Assembly (NCBI GenBank): GCA_963829055.1
Contig: CAWHHI010000016.1
Location: forward strand, 224,001 to 288,000
DNA: 64,000 nucleotides
Direction: 5' to 3'
Source of the DNA: an uncultured Gemmatimonadaceae bacterium
GTDB taxonomy: Bacteria > Gemmatimonadota > Gemmatimonadetes > Gemmatimonadales > Gemmatimonadaceae
Shown here: positions 1-11,040 of the stretch, piece after piece
Layout of the letters: the number at the start of each line of letters is the position of its first letter
How positions within the stretch are numbered: the stretch's first letter is position 1
Made by a program: the position numbers and the translations under genes
The notes under the pieces: generated by a model
Seen by the model: the letters and a program-made list of their open reading frames with translations, nothing else
Databases searched by the model: none
Told to the model about the DNA's origin: nothing

Positions 1-866
1 CCTCCGGGCGGCGCGAGAACGTTCCCGCGCGCGCGACGTTGGCGGAGCTCGACCTGACGAGTCCCGCGGCGGCGCAGCTCGTGCGCGACGGCCGTTTCGA
101 TGTCATCTCGCACCTCGCCGCGCAAATCGACGTGCGGAAGAGCGTCGCCGACCCGATGCACGACGCGACGATCAACATCGTCGGCACGCTGAACGTGGTG
201 GAGGCGGTGCGCGCGTCGGGGTACGCGACGCGAATCATTTTCTCGTCCACGGGCGGCGCGCTATACGGCGACTTCGTGACGCCTCCGAACATCGAGGACT
301 ATCCGAAGGATCCCGAATCGCCGTACGGCATCGCGAAGCTGAGCGCGGAGCTCTACCTCGCGTACTACGCGCGCCTGCATCGGATCGACACCGTCGCGCT
401 GCGCTACGCGAATGTGTACGGACCTCGTCAGGATCCGCACGGAGAGGCGGGTGTCGTCGCCATCTTCTGCAATCGTATCCTAACGAGACAACCACTCACC
501 GTGTTCGGCGATGGCTCACAGACGCGCGACTACGTGTTCGTGAAGGACGTCGCACGCGCGAACTTCGCGGCAGCGACACGCGATCTCCCGGCACCCGGAC
601 GGCTCGATGCGCGCGGATTCAACATCGGCACGGGCATCGAGACGTCGGTGATCGAGCTCGCGAACGCACTGCAGAAGAGCGCCAAGTCGGGCGTCCCGAT
701 CAACAATGCTCCAATGCGCCCGGGTGAGCAGCAGCGTTCCGCTGTCAGCATCGAGAAAGCGCAGCGTGTGCTGGGGTGGCAGCCGACAGTCGGGCTCCAC
801 GAGGGGCTCGAGGAAACCTTCGCCTTCTTCGCCGAGCGTTTCGGGCGGGAGCGTCAAACGACGTGA
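1..866 (+). CDS. NAD-dependent epimerase/dehydratase (UDP-glucose 4-epimerase-like), 5' end outside window
   Basis: SSTGGALYG, YGIAK (YxxxK), RYANVYGPRQ and GDGSQTRDYV motifs; frame is open back to the window edge. Confidence 0.85.
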   Translation, partial: SGRRENVPARATLAELDLTSPAAAQLVRDGRFDVISHLAAQIDVRKSVADPMHDATINIVGTLNVVEAVRASGYATRIIFSSTGGALYGDFVTPPNIEDYPKDPESPYGIAKLSAELYLAYYARLHRIDTVALRYANVYGPRQDPHGEAGVVAIFCNRILTRQPLTVFGDGSQTRDYVFVKDVARANFAAATRDLPAPGRLDARGFNIGTGIETSVIELANALQKSAKSGVPINNAPMRPGEQQRSAVSIEKAQRVLGWQPTVGLHEGLEETFAFFAERFGRERQTT

Positions 867-1582
867 TCGCGCCCGGCTACTTCCAGATCGGCAAGGCAAT
901 TCCCACGACCCCGTGGGAGATGGTCACGAACTCGTCGCTCGTGACGCAGATCGTGCTCGGACTGCTGGCGGTGTTATCGCTCCTCAGCTGGGGCGTGATG
1001 TTCGGCAAGTCGGTCGAGTTCCGACGCGTGCGAAAGGCGGCCGACGGGTTCATGCGCAGCTTCGATCGCGCGCAATCGCTCGACGAGGTCGCGACGCTCG
1101 CGAAGCACGCGACGCCAAGCCCGTTCACGCGCGTCTTCGAGCGCGCGGTGCAGTTCCTCACGCAGACGAAGCCCGCGCTCGCGGCGTCGTCGGAGCGCAC
1201 GGCGCGGCTGAGTGGCTCGCAGGTGGAGGCGCTGCGTCTCGTGCTCGATGCGCATACGAACAGTGAGCGCGACTCGCTGTCGCGGTTCATTCCCTGGCTC
1301 GCGACGATCGGGTCGGTCAGCCCGCTCATTGGGCTGCTCGGGACGGTGCTGGGCGTCATTTCGGCCTTCACCGGGATCGCGACACAGGGCTCAGGGAACA
1401 TTGCGGCGGTGGCGCCGGGTATTGGAGAAGCACTGATGGCGACGGCCGCGGCGCTCGCCGTGGCCATTCCCGCGGTGTTCGGGTACAACATCTTCGCGAA
1501 CCGGGTGAACCGGGTCGATAGTGAGCTCGAGGGCTTCGGCTCTGAGCTCATCGCGCTCATGGTTCGCGAAGGGAGGATCTAG
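863..1582 (+). CDS. tolQ: MotA/TolQ/ExbB proton channel protein
   Basis: LATIGSVSPLIGLLGTVLG and APGIGEALMATA motifs; GTG start overlaps upstream stop; first gene of tol-pal order. Confidence 0.9.
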   Translation: MIAPGYFQIGKAIPTTPWEMVTNSSLVTQIVLGLLAVLSLLSWGVMFGKSVEFRRVRKAADGFMRSFDRAQSLDEVATLAKHATPSPFTRVFERAVQFLTQTKPALAASSERTARLSGSQVEALRLVLDAHTNSERDSLSRFIPWLATIGSVSPLIGLLGTVLGVISAFTGIATQGSGNIAAVAPGIGEALMATAAALAVAIPAVFGYNIFANRVNRVDSELEGFGSELIALMVREGRI

Positions 1583-1587
1583 GGTTC

Positions 1588-2001
1588 ATGTCGCGTCGTC
1601 GTCGCGGTGAACGATCGCCGCTCAACGCCGAGATCAACGTGGTCAGCCTCATCGACGTGATGATGCTGCTCATGGTGATCTTCATGATCACCGCGCCGAT
1701 CATGCAGGGCGGTGTCGACGTTCGCCTGCCGACCGCTGATGCGAAGCCACTCGATCCGAAGGGCGGGCTGGTCGTGACGGTCGACAAGGCGGGACAGATC
1801 TTCGTCGATGAATCGCGTATGAGCTTCGATGCATTCCGCGCGTCCTTCAAGGCGCTCGCGGGGCGACGGAGCAGTCAGGGCGTGTATCTCCGCGCCGATG
1901 AAGCCGTGAACTACGGACAGGTCGTGCGCGTGCTTGCGGTGATGCGTCAGGCAGGGGTGGGCGATATCGGGCTCGTGGCGGAGCCGATGGGGGCGAAGTA
2001 G
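1588..2001 (+). CDS. tolR: TolR/ExbD biopolymer transport protein
   Basis: AEINVVSLIDVMMLLMVIFMITAP and LRADEAVNYG motifs. Confidence 0.9.
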   Translation: MSRRRRGERSPLNAEINVVSLIDVMMLLMVIFMITAPIMQGGVDVRLPTADAKPLDPKGGLVVTVDKAGQIFVDESRMSFDAFRASFKALAGRRSSQGVYLRADEAVNYGQVVRVLAVMRQAGVGDIGLVAEPMGAK

Positions 2002-2711
2002 TGCAGCGCGCTCCGAGCACCACGCGACTCGGTGGACCGCTCGGCATGTCCGTCGTGCTGCATGCGTCGCTCATCGCCGCGGCGATCTTCGTGCGGCCAG
2101 AGGCGCCGAAGGTGTTGCCTCCGGTGTACAAGGTGAATCTCATCGCGGCGCCGGCTGGGCCGCGCGCAATCGGTGAAGTCGCGCCGACACCCACGCCGCC
2201 GACGCCGACACCCGCCGCTCCACCGAAGCGCGCGGAAACGAATCCGCGCGACATGCCGACGCCGACGAAGCCGAAGCCAACGCCGCGAAAGCCGGCGGCG
2301 CCCGCGACGCCCACGCCGGAGGCGAAGAGCACGCCGAAGGACGTACCCGCGACGAAAGCGGGCGGCGGACCAGTGGGCGGTGCAGGCACCGACGTCGTCA
2401 ACGCGAAGACCGAGGGCGTTGAATTTCCGTATCCGGGGTACCTGAACAACATCGTCAGGCAGATCGCGCTCAGGTTCAAGCCGCGGAATCCGGGCGCCCT
2501 TCACGCCCAGGTGTTCTTCATCGTCAGGCGGGATGGGAGTATCGGCGAGTTCCGGTTTCTCACGAAGTCGGGCGTGTACGCATTCGATCTCGAGGCGCAG
2601 GGCGCAATCGAATCTGCGGGATCGGCGAAGGCATTTGGTGGGCTGCCCGACGGTTACGTGAACGACTTTCTGCCCGTAGTGTTTACCTTCGATCCTTCGT
2701 TGTTTCGTTGA
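2001..2711 (+). CDS. TolA/TonB C-terminal domain energy transducer
   Basis: N-terminal TM with SxxxH, Pro/Lys-rich linker, TonB_C-like end (KSGVYAFDLEA); lies between tolR and tolB. Confidence 0.8.
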   Translation: MQRAPSTTRLGGPLGMSVVLHASLIAAAIFVRPEAPKVLPPVYKVNLIAAPAGPRAIGEVAPTPTPPTPTPAAPPKRAETNPRDMPTPTKPKPTPRKPAAPATPTPEAKSTPKDVPATKAGGGPVGGAGTDVVNAKTEGVEFPYPGYLNNIVRQIALRFKPRNPGALHAQVFFIVRRDGSIGEFRFLTKSGVYAFDLEAQGAIESAGSAKAFGGLPDGYVNDFLPVVFTFDPSLFR

Positions 2712-4031
2712 TGACTCCACTGCTTCGCGCGGCGCTGCTCGGTGTCGCGCTCACGTTCGCGCCGTTCGTATGCGTTGCAGCGCAGGATTCGCTGCCGCCC
2801 GGCGTGCGTCTCGATCTCCGCTACAATCCCGGCACGAAGCCAGGCGTGCTCGTGTTGCGCGTCGCGGGAACGAACGGGGATTCGATCCGTGCGATCCTGC
2901 AGCGAGACTTCGATAACGGCGATCGCATCAACGTCGTCGCCGCCGAAGAGACGGGATTCCCCGACACGCCGACCGCGGGGAAGAACGGCAACTATCCGGT
3001 GTACGCGAAACTGGGTGCGCTCGCGCTCGTGCAGGCCACGCCCACCGCGAGCGGTTTGCACGTCGCGGTGCACGACGTCGCGCTCCAGAAGGTGGCCGGC
3101 GTTAGGGACTTCGTTCTCTCGGGCGCACCGAACTCGCGCGAGTGGCGCATGTCGGTGCACATGGCCTCCGACGAACTCGAGTCGTGGATCACTGGTGTGC
3201 GCGGCATTGCCGCGACGCGCGTTGCCTACGTGCAGGGTGTGCGCGGCAGCAAGCTGTTCATCGTCGATAGCGACGGTGCGTTTCCGACGCCCGTCGGGGA
3301 CGACGCTGGCGTGCTTTCGCCGGCGTGGCATCCGAAAGGGACGCACATCGCGTATTCGCTGGTCGGCGCGCGCGGATGTTGTCAGATCTTCGTCTACGAT
3401 CTCGCGTCAGGCAGCGCGCGGCAGATTTCCGCGGTCGGCGGCGGCTTGAACGCGACGCCGACGTTCTCGCCCGACGGCGGTGTGATTGTGTACACGCACG
3501 GCGAGGAGTCGGGGACGGACCTCTTCGCGACGACCGTGTTCGACCGCGGACCGGCTCGACGGATCACCGTTGGCCGCGGCTCCGACAACACGAGTCCCAC
3601 GTTCAGTCCCGATGGGCGACGATTGGCGTTCACATCGGGGCGACTTGGCCACCCGGAGGTTTATATTAGCGACGCCGACGGGACAAACGTCCAATGGCTG
3701 ACATCCTACAATACGGGCGATCAGAACTATCGATCGAATCCCGATTGGTCGCCCGACGGTCGATTGATCGCGTATCAGGCGCAGCAGACGGATGGTCGAT
3801 TTCAGTTGAGCACCATCTCGCTCCGTGACAAGAGCGTGAAACAGCTGACGAACGACGGGAGCAACGAAGATGCATCGTGGGCTCCTGACAGTCGTCATCT
3901 CGATTTTCTCGTCTACGCGGACGGGAACCAAGCAGCTCTTCGTCATCGACTCGGAGTCGGGTCGGTGGCGACAATTGACGCGGAACGGGGGTGTGCGTCT
4001 ACCTGCATGGTCGCCCCCGCTGACGCGGTAG
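2711..4031 (+). CDS. tolB: TolB beta-propeller protein (frameshift near 3901)
   Basis: Repeated PD40 motifs (PAWHPKG, PTFSPDG, PDWSPDG). After a one-base shift at ~3901 the frame reads IFSSTRTGTKQLFVID...PAWSPPLTR, stop at 4031. Confidence 0.88.
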
Positions 4032-4071
4032 ACCCACTCGTTCTTTTCCTGTAACCGTTTTCGGAGAGATC

Positions 4072-4668
4072 ATGCATCGCGCTTCACGAGCCCTAACCTT
4101 CTCGCTCATCGCCCTCGTTGCCCTTGGTGGCTGTAAGAAAAAGCCGCAGGTCGCACCGACTCCGGTGAACACGGCGCCGGCGCCGGCGCCGACGCCGACG
4201 CCGACGCCGCCACCGGAGACTGGCTGCAACGCCGCATGCCGCGATTCGATCGGGCGAGCCGAGGCGGACGCAAAGAATAAGGCAATCGAGACCGCCAGAG
4301 TCGCGCTGACGGCGACCGTCTACTTCGACCTCGATAAGTCCGACATCACCGATGACACCCGCACCAAGCTCGATGCGAAGGTCCCGGTGCTCACGCAGAA
4401 CGCGACGGTAAAGATCCGCATCGCTGGCCACACGGACAGCCGTGGCTCGGACGAGTACAACCTGGCGCTCGGACAGCGGCGCGCCGCGGCGGCCAAGCGT
4501 TACCTTACCGATCGTGGGATCGATGCGAGCCGCATCGAGATCGTCAGCTTTGGTGAGGAACGAGGCACGTGCAGCGACGAGGACGAATCGTGCTGGTCGC
4601 GCAATCGGCGCGACGAGTTCGAGATCACCGCTGGCCAGATTACCGCGGTGCAAACAACCAGCAGGTAG
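4072..4668 (+). CDS. pal: Peptidoglycan-associated lipoprotein (OmpA family)
   Basis: Lipobox LGGC; YFDLDKS, GHTDSRGSDEYNLALGQRRA, SFGEE and NRR motifs. Confidence 0.92.
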   Translation: MHRASRALTFSLIALVALGGCKKKPQVAPTPVNTAPAPAPTPTPTPPPETGCNAACRDSIGRAEADAKNKAIETARVALTATVYFDLDKSDITDDTRTKLDAKVPVLTQNATVKIRIAGHTDSRGSDEYNLALGQRRAAAAKRYLTDRGIDASRIEIVSFGEERGTCSDEDESCWSRNRRDEFEITAGQITAVQTTSR

Positions 4669-4670
4669 CA

Positions 4671-5459
4671 ATGATCCGTTTCACGACTCGGCTTGCACCC
4701 GTCGCGCTCGCGCTGGCGACGGGTGCCTGCTTCGCCACTCGGAGCGACGTCCGGATTCTCCAGGACGACCTCGCAACGACGCGGGCAGCGATGCTCAAAG
4801 CCGACTCCGCGCGCGCGACGCAGATTGCCCAGGTTGCCGCCACGCTGGGCGCGGTGACCGATTCCATCCGGTCCGCGAACGCCACGCTCGCAAAGTGGCA
4901 GGCGACCGTTCAGGGCGACCTGCGCGGTATCCAGGAGCAGCTGCTCCAGGTGCAGGAGCTGACCGGCCAGAGCCAGAACAAACTGAACGACCTGCGCGCG
5001 CAGATGGAGGATCGGGCGACGCAGCCAGCGCCGGGCTCCGTCGCTCCGACGCCCGGTGACTCTACCAAGCCGGCCGGCCCGGGTCCGGCCACGCTGTACA
5101 AGCTGTCGTTCGACCAGATGAGTCGTGGCAGTCACAGCACCGCCCGAAGCGGCTTCCAGGACCTGCTCACGCAGTATCCGACGTCCGACCTCGCGCCCGA
5201 CGCACAGTACTACATTGGGGAGACCTTCCAGGCAGAAGGGAACACGGCCGCGGCCGACTCGGTATTCACCCTGGTCGTCTCGACGTATCCGCGCGCCCCG
5301 CGTGCAGCAACCGCGCTGTACAAGCACGGACTCTTTCTCCAGAAAGCAAAGCGGGATCGTGAAGCACGACAGGCATTCCAGAGCGTCATCGACAAGTACC
5401 CACGGTCCGATGAGGCGGAGCTCGCCCGCGAGCGGCTCAGGTCGGGCGGCGGCGGCTAG
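4671..5459 (+). CDS. cpoB: Tol-Pal system protein CpoB/YbgF
   Basis: Lipoprotein-like signal, coiled coil, TPRs (YPTSDLAPDAQYYIGE); directly after pal. Confidence 0.85.
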   Translation: MIRFTTRLAPVALALATGACFATRSDVRILQDDLATTRAAMLKADSARATQIAQVAATLGAVTDSIRSANATLAKWQATVQGDLRGIQEQLLQVQELTGQSQNKLNDLRAQMEDRATQPAPGSVAPTPGDSTKPAGPGPATLYKLSFDQMSRGSHSTARSGFQDLLTQYPTSDLAPDAQYYIGETFQAEGNTAAADSVFTLVVSTYPRAPRAATALYKHGLFLQKAKRDREARQAFQSVIDKYPRSDEAELARERLRSGGGG

Positions 5460-5481
5460 CGTCGCGGGGTCGAGGCTGTAA

Positions 5482-6369
5482 ATGTCGCCAGGCAGCAATG
5501 CGGAGATGCCGTTCCTCGATCACCTCGAGGAACTTCGCTGGCGAATCATCTGGTCGCTCGTAGCGCTCATCGTCGGCGTCGGCGTTGCCTTCTTCATTCT
5601 GCAGCGCTTCGACATCTTCAAGTTCCTCGAAGGGCCGATCCTCCCGTACCTCGGCGGGAACAAGCTCAAATACACACACCCCGCTGACCCGTTCTCGGTG
5701 CTGATCACCGCATCGTTCAGCATCGGGATCGTGATGGCGCTGCCGGTGATCATCTACCAGGTGTGGGCGTTCCTCTCGCCGGCGCTGTACAAGCACGAGA
5801 AGCGGGTCGTCCTGCCGGTCATCTTCGGCGCCATCGTGCTGTTCGTCTGCGGCGTGGCGCTGTCGTTCTACGTCGTGCTGCCGCTCGCCATCGGCTGGCT
5901 CATGGGCATCGCGCAGCAGACCGACGCGCTCGAGCCCATGATCACGTACCGCGAGTATTTCAGCTTCGCCGTGAATATGTCGCTCGCGTTCGGCCTGTGC
6001 TTCGAGCTGCCGATCGTGATCCTGCTGCTGGCGACGCTGGGCCTGGTCACTCCGGAATTTCTGCGACGCTACCGGCGCCACGCACTCGTGCTGTGTGTGG
6101 TCACCGGAGCGCTGCTGTCGCCGGGCGACCTCATCTGGACGACGATGTTGCTCGCCGCGCCGTTGTACCTGTTGTATGAATTGAGCGTGATTCTGACGTC
6201 GATCGTCTACCGTCGCCGGAGAAAGCGCGCGGCCGCGCTGGCGGCCGAGGAGGCCGCCGCTGCCGCTGCGGAGGATGCAGGATCCCCGCGTCGACTCGAT
6301 AGCGAGCCGTGGGAAGGGGGCGGATCCTCGGATGAAGATGCCTCATCGGGGGCTGGGCGCGGGTCATGA
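5482..6369 (+). CDS. tatC: Twin-arginine translocase subunit TatC
   Basis: MPFLDHLEELRWR, YQVWAFLSPALYKHE, FELP and PLYLLYE motifs. Confidence 0.95.
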   Translation: MSPGSNAEMPFLDHLEELRWRIIWSLVALIVGVGVAFFILQRFDIFKFLEGPILPYLGGNKLKYTHPADPFSVLITASFSIGIVMALPVIIYQVWAFLSPALYKHEKRVVLPVIFGAIVLFVCGVALSFYVVLPLAIGWLMGIAQQTDALEPMITYREYFSFAVNMSLAFGLCFELPIVILLLATLGLVTPEFLRRYRRHALVLCVVTGALLSPGDLIWTTMLLAAPLYLLYELSVILTSIVYRRRRKRAAALAAEEAAAAAAEDAGSPRRLDSEPWEGGGSSDEDASSGAGRGS

Positions 6370-9365
6370 CGCCCGTAGTACGCGCAATCGTTAGGCTGCG
6401 GCGAGGCGCCGCCGCGGGCCTGCTGGCTGCCGCAACGCTCGCCCTTTCCACGCCTGCCGGCGCGCAGGTGCGTCGCGACACGACCACCCGCCGCGATTCG
6501 GTGCGCGCCCCGGGAGACACGATCCGTGCGCCCGGCGATTCGCTCAGGGCGGACAGCACGGCGAAGGTGAAGGTCGAGTGGGCGGAGCCCGACTCCGTGA
6601 TGTCGGAGCTGTTGTCGCGCGAGGGATATACGGCGACAAAATATCAGGGCCAACGCGTCGAGCTTCGCGCGAAGGACCGCACGATAAAGCTCGAGGGCAA
6701 AGCGGCGGTGGGGCGTCCGGACGCCGTGCTCATTGGTGATACCGTCGTCTACAACGACTCGCTCGATATCGTTACGGCGGCCGGCCGGGATACGACACAG
6801 GTCGTGCTGCAGGATCCGACGGGCGCGCAGGACGATATCCGTGCGCGGCGTATCGTCTACGACATCAATGCGCGGCGCGGCAAGGCGTTCGACGTCACGA
6901 CGTCGGTCAATAGTGGGCAGATCTGGGTGGTGCACGGGACGACCACCGCCTTTTCGAACGACAGCTCCGCCGCGAAGCGCAACGCGTTCTACGCGAAAGA
7001 CGGTTGGATCACGAGCTGTACCGACTCGACGCCGCACTACCACTTCGCCGCGAAGGAGATGAAGGTCATCTCCAAGGACGTGATGGTCGCGCGGCCAGCA
7101 GTGCTGTACATCGGGGACGTCCCGGTGTTCTGGCTGCCGTTCGTCTTTCAGGATCTTCGCTCGGGCCGGCGCAGCGGCATCATCCCGCCGCGGTTCGGCA
7201 TCAGCGACATCGTGCGCGGCACCTCGACCTATCGCCGGACCGTCGAGGATCTCGGCTACTACTTCGCGCTCAGCGACTACTACGACGCGCAGGTTGCGGT
7301 CGATTGGCGGAGCGACGCCGGCGCCACGCCCAGCGATCCCGGGTGGGTTCGCTGGAAGGGCAGTATGGACTACCGCTGGCTCGACCGGTTCATGAGTGGC
7401 GGCCTCGACGTGTCGTTCCTGGAGCAGAGCGACGGTCTCAAGAATCGCACCTACTCCTGGAGCCACGACCAGCAGTTCTCGCAGCGCAGTCGCCTAACGA
7501 TGAACCTGAACTACGTGTCGAGCACGACGATCCAGCGGCGCAACACCTTCAATCCGTACAATGCGCTGGCGACGATCGATTCGCGGCTGAACTATCAGCA
7601 GACGGTCGGCGCGTTCCAGCTTGGCATCGGTGGCTCACGCAAGCAGTACCCGGGACGCGATCAGGTCGATCAGGAATTCCCGAGCTTCAACCTCGCCAGC
7701 AAACCGATCAATTTCGGGAAATTGGTGACGTGGACGCCGAGTGTGCAATTGAACAGCCGGCAGTCGTTGCACATCGACCAGACGGGCTCGTTTCTGTACG
7801 CGTACACACCGGCCGCGAGCGGTATCGGCGTCGACAGCGTTCAGGTCGACCGCTCGACACGGCAGACGAGCGCGAGCTTCGACACGCCGATCAAGATCGG
7901 CGGCTTCACGTGGACGAACTCGTTCCGCTACTCGGACAACCTGAACGACTTCCCGTTCACGAAGATCGTCGTCAACCCACGCGACTCATCGAAGAAGCAG
8001 ACTATCACGTACGCACGCGATTTCGCGACGACGGTCGATTGGAGCACGGGCATCAACCTGCCCAGCCTCCTACAGGGAACCTGGAAGGTGACGCCGTCCG
8101 TCAGCTTCGAAAACGTCGACCCGCATCCGTTACTCTACCGGTCGCAATTCTCGAACGGAGAATTCGTCCGCCAGACGAAGCGGGTGCGATACGGCCTTTC
8201 GGCGTCACCCACGTTTTTCGGATTGTTCCCCGGCTTCGGCCCCGTCGAACGTTTTCGTCATTCGATCCAGCCCGTCGTCTCGTACAGCTACGCCGGAAAA
8301 TCAGACGTCAGCGATGCCTATCTCGAGGCGACGAACCAGACACGTCAGGGCTACATCGGGTCATTGGCGCAGAACATCGTGAGCCTAACGCTGGCGACGA
8401 ACATCGAAGCGAAGATGCGCGCGAAGAGCGACACGGTGCGTGACGAGGCGAAGACGCGAGTGAAGCTCCTGTCGCTCACGTTTACGCCGCTGGACTACGA
8501 CTTCCAGCGCGCCAAGGAGACTGGCGGCTCGGGGTTTGTCTCGGAACGGTTCGGTTACTCGGTGCGATCGGACCTGATCCCAGGGCTCGATTTCGGCGTG
8601 GACTACTCCCTCTTCAAGGGAAGCCCACGCACGAGCGACACGGCCGAATTCAACCCCTTCCGCGAGTCGGTGCGCGGTTCGATCACGCTGAACCGGCAGT
8701 CTGGTCTCGTCGGCGCGGTCGCGCGGTTGTTCGGCTACGACATGTCCGCACCGCAGCCGCCGCCAGTTGCAGCCGCGCCCTCACGCGACTCGTCGGAGAA
8801 TCGATCGGTCGCTCGACAGAAGATCGCCGGCAGCGTGAACACGGCGACTCGCATGCAGGAGCAGTTCAGAGGCGGGGGCTCGGGGTGGCAGGTCGATCTC
8901 ACGTACAGTGCACAGCGTTTCCGGCCCGTGGAGGGTGCGATCGTCGTGGACCCGCAGCAGCAGTGCGCCTATCTGCAGAACGTCGATCCGTTCGCGTACG
9001 ACCAGTGCATTCAGAAGTACACGACTACGCCTGGAGTGCAGGACCCGTACGCCCCGACGACAGGCGGCAGCCCGGTCTACCAGAGCCCGCCGACGCGAAA
9101 CATTCAGGCCTCGACGCGATTCAGCATAACGCCGAAATGGGCCATGCAGTGGACCACGAACTACGACTTCATTGCCGCTGAGTTCGGGATGCACACGGTG
9201 TCGCTCCGTCGCGAGATGCACGACTGGGACGCCATCTTCGCGTTCACGCAATCTCCTAACGGGAACTTCGCGTTCAACTTCTTCATCGCGCTGCGTGCCG
9301 AGCCGGATCTGAAGTTCAACTACGATCGGCGGAGCTATGGAAGGGCGCCCGGTTCATTCCAGTAA
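6366..9365 (+). CDS. Putative LPS assembly outer-membrane protein (LptD-like)
   Basis: Signal peptide; ITSCTDSTPHYHF and YIGDVPVFWLPF...RRSGII motifs of LptD; beta-strand-rich C-terminus. Confidence 0.75.
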   Translation: MTPVVRAIVRLRRGAAAGLLAAATLALSTPAGAQVRRDTTTRRDSVRAPGDTIRAPGDSLRADSTAKVKVEWAEPDSVMSELLSREGYTATKYQGQRVELRAKDRTIKLEGKAAVGRPDAVLIGDTVVYNDSLDIVTAAGRDTTQVVLQDPTGAQDDIRARRIVYDINARRGKAFDVTTSVNSGQIWVVHGTTTAFSNDSSAAKRNAFYAKDGWITSCTDSTPHYHFAAKEMKVISKDVMVARPAVLYIGDVPVFWLPFVFQDLRSGRRSGIIPPRFGISDIVRGTSTYRRTVEDLGYYFALSDYYDAQVAVDWRSDAGATPSDPGWVRWKGSMDYRWLDRFMSGGLDVSFLEQSDGLKNRTYSWSHDQQFSQRSRLTMNLNYVSSTTIQRRNTFNPYNALATIDSRLNYQQTVGAFQLGIGGSRKQYPGRDQVDQEFPSFNLASKPINFGKLVTWTPSVQLNSRQSLHIDQTGSFLYAYTPAASGIGVDSVQVDRSTRQTSASFDTPIKIGGFTWTNSFRYSDNLNDFPFTKIVVNPRDSSKKQTITYARDFATTVDWSTGINLPSLLQGTWKVTPSVSFENVDPHPLLYRSQFSNGEFVRQTKRVRYGLSASPTFFGLFPGFGPVERFRHSIQPVVSYSYAGKSDVSDAYLEATNQTRQGYIGSLAQNIVSLTLATNIEAKMRAKSDTVRDEAKTRVKLLSLTFTPLDYDFQRAKETGGSGFVSERFGYSVRSDLIPGLDFGVDYSLFKGSPRTSDTAEFNPFRESVRGSITLNRQSGLVGAVARLFGYDMSAPQPPPVAAAPSRDSSENRSVARQKIAGSVNTATRMQEQFRGGGSGWQVDLTYSAQRFRPVEGAIVVDPQQQCAYLQNVDPFAYDQCIQKYTTTPGVQDPYAPTTGGSPVYQSPPTRNIQASTRFSITPKWAMQWTTNYDFIAAEFGMHTVSLRREMHDWDAIFAFTQSPNGNFAFNFFIALRAEPDLKFNYDRRSYGRAPGSFQ

Positions 9366-9368
9366 CGG

Positions 9369-9477
9369 GCTATCAGCCATCTGCCGTCCGCCATCCGCAC
9401 AAACAGCGTAGCCCCTCCAGTGCGCTGGCGTGTAGAGGTGGCAAGCCCATGATGGCAGATCGACCATAGCTGATAGC
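9369..9477. repeat. Paired inverted heptamer tandem arrays (GCYRTCN x4 ... NNATNGC x4)
   Basis: GCTATCA GCCATCT GCCGTCC GCCATCC at 9369-9396; complementary TGATGGC AGATCGA CCATAGC TGATAGC at 9450-9477. Confidence 0.65.
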
Positions 9478-9516
9478 TCCCTTGTGATCCGTTGTCACCA
9501 CGCCGACATTCCGGCC

Positions 9517-11040
9517 ATGAATGACACTGTCGTTCTGGACGGCCGTTCGCTCACATTGGCCGACGTCGAGGCGGTCGCGCGCCGCGGCGCCAAAGTGTCC
9601 CTCGCAGGCGATGCGCGGGCGCGGATGCTTCGCGCCGCCGAGCACGTCGACCGTATCGTCCGGAACCGCGAAGTCGTTTACGGCGTGACGACGGGGTTCG
9701 GCAAACTTTCCGAGGTCGCGATTCCGCCGGAGCGGTTGGCGGAATTGCAGGTCAACCTCGTGCGCAGTCATGCGTCCGGCGTAGGCGCGACCCTCCCGCG
9801 TGAGGCAACCCGTGCCATGATGCTGCTTCGAGCGAACGTGCTCGCAAAGGGCTTCTCGGGTGCGCGTCCTCGCTTGCCGGATTTGCTCGTCGGGATGCTC
9901 AATGCCGGCCTGTGGCCGCCGATTCCGGAGCAGGGGAGTGTTGGCGCCAGCGGTGATCTCGCGCCACTCGCGCATCTCGGGCTTGCGCTCATCGGAGAAG
10001 GTGAGCTGCACTCCGCATCCGGCAGCGGCAAGGCCGACGACGTGCTGCGCGCGTTCGACATGGAGCCGGTGACGCTCGGTCCGAAGGAAGGGATCACGCT
10101 CATCAACGGCACGCAGGCGCACACCGCGATCGCCGCACTTGCTGTGTGCGATGCGCGAGCGCTGTGGATTGCCGCGCACGTCGCAGGCGCCATGTCACTG
10201 GAAGCGTTGCTCGGGACACCCGTGGCGTTCGACACGCGCATTCACGAGGTGCGCGGCCAGGCCGGTCAGCAGCGCTCGGCCTCACTGCTTCGCGACCTCC
10301 TCGTCGACAGCGAGATCCGCGAATCACACCGGCACGGCGATCCGCGTGTGCAGGACGCGTATTGCCTGCGTTGCATGCCGCAGGTGCATGGGCCGGTCGC
10401 GGACGCGATCGACTTCGCGGAGTCGCTCGTGGTGCGTGAGCTCAACGCGGCAACGGACAATCCACTGGTCTTCGAGAACGGCGAGCTGCTGAGCGGCGGC
10501 AACTTTCATGGGCAGGCCGTAGCCCTGGCGCTCGATGTCCTCGCGATCGTCATGACGAATCTCGCGACGATGTCCGAGCGCCGCATTGATCGCCTCGTAC
10601 ATCCAGACCTGAACCAGGGACTGCCGCCGTTCCTGACGAAGGACGCGGGAGTGTGCTCGGGCTTCATGATGGCCCAGGTGACAGCCGCCGCGCTCGCGAG
10701 CGAGTGCAAGGTGCTGTCGCATCCGGCGAGCGTGGACACGATTCCGACCGACGGAAGCAAAGAGGACGTCGTCCCCATGGCCATGGGCGCCGCGTGGAAG
10801 CTGCGCCGCGTGGTGCATAACGTGCAACACGTCATCGCGATCGAGCTGATGTGCGCTGCGCAGGGTGTCGAGTACCGGCGTCCGCTTCGTGCGGCGCGCA
10901 GCGTCGAGGACGCGGTCAGCCTCGTGCGCGAGCTCGTGTCGCCGCTGGCGGAGGATCGCGTGCTGGCGCCGGATATCGCCGCCCTTGCCCAAGCCGTCGC
11001 GGGTGGTCGTTTCACTGAAGTCGCCATGGCTACCGCATGA
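9517..11040 (+). CDS. hutH: Histidine ammonia-lyase
   Basis: [20 protein letters not shown] (MIO-forming ASG), QDAYCLRC and GGNFHG motifs. Confidence 0.96.
   Translation: MNDTVVLDGRSLTLADVEAVARRGAKVSLAGDARARMLRAAEHVDRIVRNREVVYGVTTGFGKLSEVAIPPERLAELQVNLVRSHASGVGATLPREATRAMMLLRANVLAKGFSGARPRLPDLLVGMLNAGLWPPIPEQGSVGASGDLAPLAHLGLALIGEGELHSASGSGKADDVLRAFDMEPVTLGPKEGITLINGTQAHTAIAALAVCDARALWIAAHVAGAMSLEALLGTPVAFDTRIHEVRGQAGQQRSASLLRDLLVDSEIRESHRHGDPRVQDAYCLRCMPQVHGPVADAIDFAESLVVRELNAATDNPLVFENGELLSGGNFHGQAVALALDVLAIVMTNLATMSERRIDRLVHPDLNQGLPPFLTKDAGVCSGFMMAQVTAAALASECKVLSHPASVDTIPTDGSKEDVVPMAMGAAWKLRRVVHNVQHVIAIELMCAAQGVEYRRPLRAARSVEDAVSLVRELVSPLAEDRVLAPDIAALAQAVAGGRFTEVAMATA

Noticed and set aside
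4171..4215. CCGGCG/CCGACG tandem repeats in pal (and in tolA)
   Set aside because: Ordinary Pro-Ala/Pro-Thr linker coding
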